In this document: positions 57,367-64,000 of the stretch, one piece after another
Position numbering within the stretch: position 1 is the stretch's first letter
Layout of the letters: the number at the start of each line of letters is the position of its first letter
Source of the DNA: Escherichia phage EC.P2
Reading direction: 5' to 3' (one strand)
Length of the DNA: 64,000 nucleotides
Sequence record: PQ631072.1
Notes under the pieces: model-generated
What the model was told of the DNA's origin: nothing
Database searches by the model: none
Seen by the model: only the letters and a program-made list of their open reading frames with translations
Translations under genes and position numbers: made by a program

Positions 57367-57725
57367 TAGTATAATCCCTCGCTGAATAGTTCACTGTCGT
57401 GACCATTTCTTTCGTAGTTAATTTGTTTGGCGTTATCTGCAATGATATAAGCATCTTTGCGACTCCACCAGTTATAATACTGGTCAATAAACCCTTGATT
57501 ATCAGGTAAGCAAAACAGTTTATCAATCAATCCTGCATCTTTTAAAACATTAATTTGTGCAGATAGTACAGGATTCGCATGCCTAACACAAGGAATAATT
57601 AACTCTTCGCCATTGTTGAGAATATACTTATTCGCAGCGCAGACTATAACACGTTGAGCATAGTGATCCTCACCAATCCAAGTAAGAGGTTGGTAACAAA
57701 TATCATGTTGATTAGTAGTGCACAT
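57366..57725 (-). CDS. Hypothetical Cys-containing protein (119 aa)
   Basis: ORF, ATGA overlap with upstream gene. Confidence 0.45.
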   Translation of the reverse strand: MCTTNQHDICYQPLTWIGEDHYAQRVIVCAANKYILNNGEELIIPCVRHANPVLSAQINVLKDAGLIDKLFCLPDNQGFIDQYYNWWSRKDAYIIADNAKQINYERNGHDSELFSEGLY

Positions 57726-57871
57726 CAATTTTCTTCATACTCTTCGTCTGTATGTATATCGTAAAAGCAATCTTCAAAAGTTGCAAGTGCTTTTTCTACA
57801 TCGGGCCAATGGTTAGTGTGTTTGTATATATAAAACCCATCCCCTTCATCTACCCAAATAACATAAAGCAT
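57725..57871 (-). CDS. Small acidic hypothetical protein (48 aa)
   Basis: AAGGAGG RBS; below track cutoff. Confidence 0.35.
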   Translation of the reverse strand: MLYVIWVDEGDGFYIYKHTNHWPDVEKALATFEDCFYDIHTDEEYEEN

Positions 57872-57880
57872 AACACCTCC

Positions 57881-58222
57881 TTAATAGTTAACACGTTTAA
57901 TTTCAACACCATAGGATGAAATAAAATTTTCCTTAGCTAACATATATTTACCAGCAGCAGAAGGGTTTGATGTATGGACATAGATAGTTTTAAGAGCATC
58001 CCATTCACCCGCATACAACATACATTCTACGTCTAAGAATGCATGATATCCTTCCTGATCTTCTCCAAGATCATTATCGAAGTGTATCTCTGAGATATTA
58101 TTGAAATTATCTTCATCTGAAACAAAAGATAACCAATCCTCAAAAGATTTTAACCAAATGGCATCCTCATAACCATAATCTTTAGGATCTCTTAAATCGT
58201 CTAACCAAAGAATTTTAGCCAC
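57881..58222 (-). CDS. Hypothetical protein (113 aa, GTG start with GGGGG RBS)
   Basis: Track ORF trimmed; no ATG available. Confidence 0.4.
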   Translation of the reverse strand: MAKILWLDDLRDPKDYGYEDAIWLKSFEDWLSFVSDEDNFNNISEIHFDNDLGEDQEGYHAFLDVECMLYAGEWDALKTIYVHTSNPSAAGKYMLAKENFISSYGVEIKRVNY

Positions 58223-58224
58223 TA

Positions 58225-58416
58225 TCAACCCCCTTCTTGTTTCTCTTCTTTCCAAGTTTTACCATTATCTACCAACCTCTTAGAAACAGCAAATCTTTCT
58301 CCATTGATATAAAACAAATAAAGAATAAAGGATTTTCCTATAGTTACAGTATCTACTACTTCTACACGCTTCACACCTTGCATGTATTTGGCTTTACCTG
58401 AATAAATAAGGAACAT
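58225..58416 (-). CDS. Hypothetical protein (63 aa)
   Basis: ORF. Confidence 0.4.
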   Translation of the reverse strand: MFLIYSGKAKYMQGVKRVEVVDTVTIGKSFILYLFYINGERFAVSKRLVDNGKTWKEEKQEGG

Positions 58417-58694
58417 TACTTATTCCTTTTGTTGTTGATCACATCTAAAGCTGTGTAAGGTTTGTTTGTACCGCTGTATTCAAGAATAATTGGTACATAT
58501 TCATAGACCAACTCAAAAGTACCATACATAGAATCTGCAACTGAAATAAGCATTTCAGTGCCTTTGTCGTTCTTAATTAATGAAAATCTTGCCCCTGGTT
58601 TATTGAGCACTTCATATTTCTTACCTGCTGTCAGCAAACCTGAATACCATTCATTTTGCACAACAGACAAACACTTCAGATAAGTTTTTCTCAT
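58416..58694 (-). CDS. Hypothetical protein (92 aa)
   Basis: ORF. Confidence 0.45.
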   Translation of the reverse strand: MRKTYLKCLSVVQNEWYSGLLTAGKKYEVLNKPGARFSLIKNDKGTEMLISVADSMYGTFELVYEYVPIILEYSGTNKPYTALDVINNKRNK

Positions 58695-59026
58695 TTCTTT
58701 TTGCTCCTTCTTTTAGGCTTCTCGTATAAACCTAACACAGCCGACTCTTTTGCGCAAATAGGAACTGACTTCATTCCTCGTTTTTTAGCTTCTGGTAGAT
58801 TCAAAACCCACCAGCCAAACCAGTACAATTCATCTTCTGTGAAAGGATCTGCCATAGGATCTGCATCACGTGCTTCAAATTTAGCAAGAGCTTCTTCTAT
58901 CTTTTCTATTGGAGTATCAAAGACAAAAGCCTCTGTGTCAAATTTTTGTTTCTTAGGAGCGGCTTTTGCCGCCCCATCTTTAGATGCGCGCTTTGTTACG
59001 GATCGCTTCTTCGGTGTTTTCGCCAT
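58691..59026 (-). CDS. Hypothetical protein with Lys-rich N- and C-termini (111 aa)
   Basis: ORF with GGAGG RBS. Confidence 0.45.
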   Translation of the reverse strand: MAKTPKKRSVTKRASKDGAAKAAPKKQKFDTEAFVFDTPIEKIEEALAKFEARDADPMADPFTEDELYWFGWWVLNLPEAKKRGMKSVPICAKESAVLGLYEKPKRRSKKK

Positions 59027-59219
59027 CAACAACCTCCATGCGGTGTAAGAAATCTTGCTGGAATCGCCAATACTGTTGACCAGTCCTTACATCTTCGTAG
59101 ATCACAACAGGATCAAATACTTTAGATACACCCGCTGGTTTAGGAAAGCCAACTACACGATATAAACCGCCTTTGCTAATACAAGAATATGTTACACCAG
59201 TTAAAATTTCTTTTTTCAT
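58980..59219 (-). CDS. Hypothetical protein (79 aa)
   Basis: ORF; 3' end overlaps next gene by about 45 nt. Confidence 0.4.
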   Translation of the reverse strand: MKKEILTGVTYSCISKGGLYRVVGFPKPAGVSKVFDPVVIYEDVRTGQQYWRFQQDFLHRMEVVDGENTEEAIRNKARI

Positions 59220-59413
59220 TTCTTAATAAACTCCAATACAGGTACGTGATCAGCAGTTAAAGTTACACAATTGTAACTTACCTTTTCAACTTCAGAGAAT
59301 GCTTCAACCCATAGCAAGAAATTCTCTTTAGCTTCTTCATAATTCAATGTTGACTTAACAACATGGAACTCACCAAGGATTACTCTATAGATTGTTTGCA
59401 TAGTTTGATTCAT
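59216..59413 (-). CDS. Hypothetical protein (65 aa)
   Basis: ORF. Confidence 0.4.
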   Translation of the reverse strand: MNQTMQTIYRVILGEFHVVKSTLNYEEAKENFLLWVEAFSEVEKVSYNCVTLTADHVPVLEFIKK

Positions 59414-59479
59414 TTATTTTTCCTTTGTTTAAAATGTGTTAAACAATCGCAAATGCTTGTGACGCACTTTGTGATCCCA

Positions 59480-59848
59480 CTAATTAATGTCAGCACTATG
59501 ATTGTTGAGAGTATAGGATACTCCATCGCCCAAGTCAACATGAATCTCAACTCCTAACTGTCTTTCTAATGGTAAACGTTTTGAGAATTGATAATTACAA
59601 AGTTTACAGTCTAAGTCAAGCAACTCATGTTTGCTTAAACCTGCAACGATAACTTTGCTTCCCACTGTCCACTCAATACCTTCAAAGTTATCTCTTCTTT
59701 TCAAAATGTCAAGTAAGAAGATTATTTGTTGCCATTCCGTAGACAAGTCTTCTTCATAGAATGCAGAACAAAAAGTTTTATCATCGTAGAAAGCATACAT
59801 TATGCCTCCATCTATTGTTTCACTTCTAACGTAACGTGTGACCCTCAT
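59480..59848 (-). CDS. Hypothetical protein (122 aa), first gene of minus-strand block
   Basis: Trimmed to ATG with AGGAGGG RBS. Confidence 0.5.
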   Translation of the reverse strand: MRVTRYVRSETIDGGIMYAFYDDKTFCSAFYEEDLSTEWQQIIFLLDILKRRDNFEGIEWTVGSKVIVAGLSKHELLDLDCKLCNYQFSKRLPLERQLGVEIHVDLGDGVSYTLNNHSADIN

Positions 59849-60189
59849 TATTCCCTCCTGTATGGCTCTGTAACGAGCTAATAGCACCTAAGATATGCAA
59901 TCACCTTACCTCACAGTAAAACTCGTTACAATCGTTTTTAGGAGGTTCAGGTTGTACTTAAAAATAATCTAAAAAGGTGTTGACAAACGCAAAAAAGTAT
60001 GCTACCCTAACCCCCGAAAAACGCCGAGCGCAGCGAGGGGGTGTTATCTAATCTTGTGATACATGATCTAACAGACAACTGAGTAGTCTACATATAGCAC
60101 TATGTTATGTCTATAATACTAACATACATGCTCTATACTAACAATAGATTATTTATTAATTTTATTATTAATTAAATAATAAATATCTA

Positions 60190-60218
60190 TTGACTTTAGA
60201 TCTATCTGTATGTAGAGT
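60190..60218 (+). promoter_or_regulatory. sigma70-like promoter (ttgact-N17-tagagt) for prs-like gene
   Basis: Hexamers read directly; RBS aaggag follows. Confidence 0.55.
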
Positions 60219-60257
60219 AGAGAACATAAAGTCCTAACTCAACTAAGGAGATAAAGA

Positions 60258-61151
60258 ATGAAAGTTAGTATTCTGCATGGTGTTGACTGTTATGTTACTG
60301 ATGTAGACGTTAAAGTGTTTACATTCTCTGGTGGAGAACAACATGTTCAATTAGATACGAATCTATCAGGTTTCAATCATGCTACAGACAGAATCTTACT
60401 CACTTTAGAAGTAAGATCTGCTAAAGACTTGATGACTTTGGTTATGACTAAGAATGCATTGGACAATATGCTATATCATAAACCATATTGTGTTGATTTA
60501 CTCATGTTGTATGTGCCGTATGCACGACAAGACAGAGTGTGTGAGCCTGGGGAAGCATTCGGAGTTAAAGCATTTGCTTCTATAATTAATTCATTAAATT
60601 TCTCACGTGTTATCGTTGCTGATCCGCATAGTGATGTTACTCCAGCAGTGTTTGACAGACTCTGTGTAATACCTCAAGAAGAGATTGCTTACGAAACTTT
60701 AAAGTGGAAGTTACGTATGGAGAATTTTGCTCTTGTTAGCCCTGATGGTGGTGCTCTTAAGAAAATATTTAAATTATCTAAGAAAATGTCTTTAGATGTG
60801 TTCTGTGCAGAGAAGGTTAGAGATACCGCAACAGGTGCTATTGTTCGTACAGACATTTCTGTACAGGATTTCAATAAGCGTAACCTGATGATCGTAGATG
60901 ATATCTGTGATGGTGGTAGAACTTTTATCGAATTGGCTAAAGTGCTACGTGCTCGTAACGCAGGTAAGATTGAGCTATATGTTACGCACGGTATCTTTTC
61001 TAAAGGTCTTAAAGAGTTAAGTGAGCACTTTGACTGCATTCATTCTCTTAATGTGTGGGAAGATAACATCCAAGAAGATTCTGGTGTTCTTGTTAAGAAT
61101 CAGTCAGATTTGCAACAACAAATTGTATCTCCATACGTGTGGAATTTTTAA
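60258..61151 (+). CDS. prs: Ribose-phosphate pyrophosphokinase (Prs) family protein; candidate ADPR-PP synthetase of a NARP1-like module
   Basis: YARQDR, VSPDGGA and IVDDICDGGRT Prs-type motifs. Confidence 0.8.
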   Translation: MKVSILHGVDCYVTDVDVKVFTFSGGEQHVQLDTNLSGFNHATDRILLTLEVRSAKDLMTLVMTKNALDNMLYHKPYCVDLLMLYVPYARQDRVCEPGEAFGVKAFASIINSLNFSRVIVADPHSDVTPAVFDRLCVIPQEEIAYETLKWKLRMENFALVSPDGGALKKIFKLSKKMSLDVFCAEKVRDTATGAIVRTDISVQDFNKRNLMIVDDICDGGRTFIELAKVLRARNAGKIELYVTHGIFSKGLKELSEHFDCIHSLNVWEDNIQEDSGVLVKNQSDLQQQIVSPYVWNF

Positions 61152-61161
61152 ATAATAAGTG

Positions 61162-61190
61162 TTGACAATAGGGAGTATGCTTAGTAAGAT
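61162..61190 (+). promoter_or_regulatory. sigma70-like promoter (TTGACA-N17-taagat) overlapped by inverted repeat gggagtat/atactccc
   Basis: Hexamers and 8-bp inverted repeat read directly. Confidence 0.5.
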
Positions 61191-61222
61191 ACTCCCACAT
61201 TAACAAACAAGGAGACATAACT

Positions 61223-62956
61223 ATGAATATTTTTGCACCTTTTGCTACTGATTGGTACAAACCTGGTCACAAGCAGATGTACAACCAAAATACAAAACTT
61301 ATTTTCTCTAATTTAACTCCTCGTAATGATAAAAACTTTGCACACTATGCAGATCGTGAAGCACGTGGTGTGATTGTTTTAGGTATTCGTCGAGCAGTCA
61401 CTGATGCTCTTGTAACTATGTGGGATAGCTTCTTTAAAATGTCTCGTAGTGCAGCAGTAAATAAGTTTTATCGTATGTCTAAAAATGCATTAGGTGCTTC
61501 TGCGCCTTCTGCTGAATGTTGGGGAGAATTGCACGACTTAGGTTATCTTCCGCTGGAAGTTCGATCTCTGCCAGAGGGTGTTTTGTGTCCTATTGGTGTT
61601 CCTGTATTTACTGTGCATAATACTTTAGAAAAATTCTTTTGGTTAACTAACTATGTGGAAACACTGTTGTCAGATGAAACTTGGAAGACAATGACTAATG
61701 CCACAGCAGCTTTTCAGTATAAGCGTATCGCTATGGCATATGCGATGGCAACGTGTGATAATATTGATCACGTTAACTTCCAGTGTCATGATTTTAGCCT
61801 ACGTGGTTTAAGTAATATCGAAGATGGTTATAAGAGTGGTATCGCTCACTTGGCATCGTTCACAGGAACAGATAATATTCTGGCTATTGAAACTGTGCAT
61901 GATTATTATGGTATTGATTATGATCAGTTTGTTGCAGGTTCGATTCCGGCAACAGAACATTCAGTAGCAACGACTAACATTGGAGCTATTGTTGAAGATC
62001 TGAAGAAACATTTCCCACATCTTAAAGATGATGTAGATGGGCTTCGTTATGTAGCAGAAAAAGAGTTTCTTCGTCGTTATATCGAAGAAATTGTTCCAGA
62101 AGGTTTTTGTTCATATGTAGCAGACTCTTATGACTATTGGGCTGTATTGACTCGCATTCTGGTAGAATTGAAAGATTCCATTATGTCACGAAATGGTCGT
62201 CTTGTTATTCGTCCAGATTCAGGAGATCCGGTTAAAGTTGTTGCAGGATACAATGTTGAATCTTTTGATAACTATGAAGACCTTTTAAATAATGGTATTG
62301 CGACAGCCACTGAAGTAGTTCATTTGGCTGATGTTAATAAGTATTACAATGTTCTTCAGGATTGCAGTGTTGCTGATTGCATTGATGAAACTTATGAGAT
62401 TCCTTATTGTGAAGCAGTAGGTTCTATTCAAATTCTTTGGGAAGTGTTTGGTGGTACTATCAACCGAAAAGGCTACAAGGTTCTTGATCAGCATATCGGT
62501 ATGATTTATGGTGATTCTATTACTGTTGAACGAGAACACGAGATCTTACGCCGACTGAAGAAGAAAGGTTTTGCAGCTTCCAATATTGTATTTGGTGTTG
62601 GTAGTTATACTTATCAGTTCAATACACGAGATACTTTTGGTTTTGCTGTTAAAGCAACAGGTAGTATCATCGGTGAACACGAAATTTTGGTAAGTAAGGA
62701 GCCTAAAACTGATCCTGGTAAACGCTCTGCAAAAGGTTTTATTAAGGTTGTTAAGGATACCAATGGTAATCTTTCTCTTGTAGATAATCTTTCTTTTAAA
62801 GATATCCAGGATGAAGACAATGAGTTACAAGTTATCTTCAAGAATGGTAAGGTTATTACACCACAAGTAGAAGGTCGTGATGAAACATTCACTGATATCC
62901 GCAACCGTGTTGATGTAGAGGTTCTTCGTACTATGGGAACCATCCAGGTTGACTAA
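61223..62956 (+). CDS. nadV: Nicotinamide phosphoribosyltransferase (Nampt/NadV) family protein with C-terminal extension
   Basis: N-terminal FATDWYKPGHKQMY characteristic of Nampt; 577 aa. Confidence 0.8.
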   Translation: MNIFAPFATDWYKPGHKQMYNQNTKLIFSNLTPRNDKNFAHYADREARGVIVLGIRRAVTDALVTMWDSFFKMSRSAAVNKFYRMSKNALGASAPSAECWGELHDLGYLPLEVRSLPEGVLCPIGVPVFTVHNTLEKFFWLTNYVETLLSDETWKTMTNATAAFQYKRIAMAYAMATCDNIDHVNFQCHDFSLRGLSNIEDGYKSGIAHLASFTGTDNILAIETVHDYYGIDYDQFVAGSIPATEHSVATTNIGAIVEDLKKHFPHLKDDVDGLRYVAEKEFLRRYIEEIVPEGFCSYVADSYDYWAVLTRILVELKDSIMSRNGRLVIRPDSGDPVKVVAGYNVESFDNYEDLLNNGIATATEVVHLADVNKYYNVLQDCSVADCIDETYEIPYCEAVGSIQILWEVFGGTINRKGYKVLDQHIGMIYGDSITVEREHEILRRLKKKGFAASNIVFGVGSYTYQFNTRDTFGFAVKATGSIIGEHEILVSKEPKTDPGKRSAKGFIKVVKDTNGNLSLVDNLSFKDIQDEDNELQVIFKNGKVITPQVEGRDETFTDIRNRVDVEVLRTMGTIQVD

Positions 62957-63027
62957 ATAAAAACTTCGTGATAAGATTAAGGTAAGGAGAGCCTACAACT
63001 GCCCTGGATGGGCTTCACGAAGGATTT

Positions 63028-63249
63028 ATGAAACAACATAATTTTTATTTTCGTTGCCGAGCCTGTAACAGACACTTGACTAATCATTCCCGTAGAGACA
63101 GGAATGGTAATATTCAAGAGTCGGATCTATGCTCGATTTGTACAAGTTTGGCATTCGATGACAGTCCCGAAAGGGTTTATCAACATCAAAGTGTAACTGA
63201 TCTTCTTCTAAATTACACAGCACCAGAGGAGGAATTAGATTTCACATAA
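63028..63249 (+). CDS. Small zinc-ribbon-like protein (73 aa)
   Basis: CRACN ... CSIC pattern. Confidence 0.45.
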   Translation: MKQHNFYFRCRACNRHLTNHSRRDRNGNIQESDLCSICTSLAFDDSPERVYQHQSVTDLLLNYTAPEEELDFT

Positions 63250-63369
63250 TTAAGGAAACAGTATGTCTACAGAAATTATTTTTTGCTTATCTGTTTTTAT
63301 TGCTCTTGTATCTTTTGTATGCGGTTATACACTAGGTTACAGATCAAGAAAAAATATTGTAAAAACTAG

Positions 63370-63399
63370 TTGACAACATAGCTAGTTATTTGCTAAGAT
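63370..63399 (+). promoter_or_regulatory. sigma70-like promoter (TTGACA-N18-taagat)
   Basis: Hexamers read directly; precedes ORF 63430. Confidence 0.5.
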
Positions 63400-63429
63400 A
63401 AGCCCAAGTTAAACAAAAAGGAGAAAACT

Positions 63430-63696
63430 ATGACAGAACGTACTTATGGTAAAGAACTGATTGAGAAGCACGTATTGATTGATAATAAAGGTGGAGCAAT
63501 CTTTATTTTTGAACCTGAATCAGTTCTTACTGAAAACGAAAATGGTAGCGTTAGCCTTAAAACAGAAAGTTTGGTAATTGACTTCCTTGCTCTTCTGGAT
63601 GAAATGGGGCTTCCTCACGAAGAAGAAGCAGCTATTGCTTTGATTACAGTTCTTCTGGAGAAACGCGAAGCTGGTGAAATGACCCAGTATGCTTAA
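63430..63696 (+). CDS. Hypothetical protein (88 aa)
   Basis: ORF with AAGGAG RBS. Confidence 0.5.
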   Translation: MTERTYGKELIEKHVLIDNKGGAIFIFEPESVLTENENGSVSLKTESLVIDFLALLDEMGLPHEEEAAIALITVLLEKREAGEMTQYA

Positions 63697-63703
63697 TATT
63701 CAA

Positions 63704-63779
63704 GGTTCCATAGCTCACTGACGAGAGCGCACACCTCATAAGTGTCGAGGGCAGGGATTGTAACCCTGGGGAACCACCA
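63704..63779 (+). tRNA. tRNA with CAT anticodon (Met, or Ile if lysidinylated), CCA encoded
   Basis: Manual cloverleaf: acceptor ggttcc/ggaacc, D-stem gctc/gagc, anticodon loop cuCAUaa, T-stem caggg/ccctg. Confidence 0.7.
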
Positions 63780-63810
63780 TTTAAAAGGAGGTGCTATGCA
63801 TCTCCTATAT

Positions 63811-63896
63811 GCAAGTGTGGTGGAATTGGTGATACACATTGTGCTTAAAACGCAACGCTTAAATGATTGAGGGTTCGAATCCCTCCACTTGCACCA
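63811..63896 (+). tRNA. tRNA-Leu (TAA anticodon), type II with long variable arm, CCA encoded
   Basis: Acceptor gcaagtg/cacttgc, anticodon loop cuUAAaa, 13-nt variable arm, T-arm gaggg-ttcgaat-ccctc. Confidence 0.75.
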
Positions 63897-64000
63897 ACGC
63901 CTAGTAGGGTATTTGGTAATTCCGAGGCCATCAAAGCCTGAAAAATATGTTAGACCGCTTTGTCTAACTAAATACGAAATATGGTTCGATTCCATAACTA

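Noticed and set aside
1-64000. Assigning the window to a specific known phage (for example T5 or Felix O1)
   Set aside because: The architecture is compatible with several virulent enterobacterial phage groups; I cannot run a search and will not assert an identity from memory.

Overview
Dense, AT-rich double-stranded DNA phage segment with bacterial-type promoters, RBSs and terminators. The architecture fits a virulent enterobacterial phage (T5-like or Felix-O1-like), but the lineage cannot be assigned without a database search. All calls are from reading the sequence and the ORF track; no searches were run. Layout: (1) 1-302, 3' end of a NADAR-domain gene. (2) 300-1400, noncoding repeat region (three tandem ~65-bp units, Fur-box-like hexamer arrays) plus a GC-rich islet. 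(3) 1.5-11.5 kb, about 30 small + strand genes, most with their own sigma70-like promoter followed by a conserved GC hairpin and an RBS. (4) 11.5-13.2 kb, a second noncoding repeat region with the same motifs and a G-depleted tract. (5) 13.2-24.3 kb, about 38 tightly packed + strand small ORFs including two paralog families. (6) 24.4-59.9 kb, a minus-strand block: Sir2-like protein, C5- and N6-DNA methyltransferases, Ser/Thr phosphatase, serine recombinase, HslV-like peptidase, PhoH, T4-type lysozyme, glutaredoxin, a complete dTDP-L-rhamnose pathway (rmlBACD), nrdAB, ThyX-like, thymidine kinase, HNH endonuclease, two exonucleases, a DNA-ligase-like protein and an RNA-repair trio (kinase, Rnl1-like ligase, metallophosphoesterase). 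(7) 60.2-64.0 kb, + strand: a Prs-like/Nampt-like pair (NARP1-like NAD+ module), small ORFs, tRNA-Met(CAT) and tRNA-Leu(TAA). Most interesting candidates: the NAD+/ADP-ribose gene set (NADAR, Zn-less Sir2-like, Prs+Nampt pair), the phage-borne rmlBACD operon, the RNA-repair module, and the promoter-hairpin cassette array bracketed by Fur-box-like repeats.
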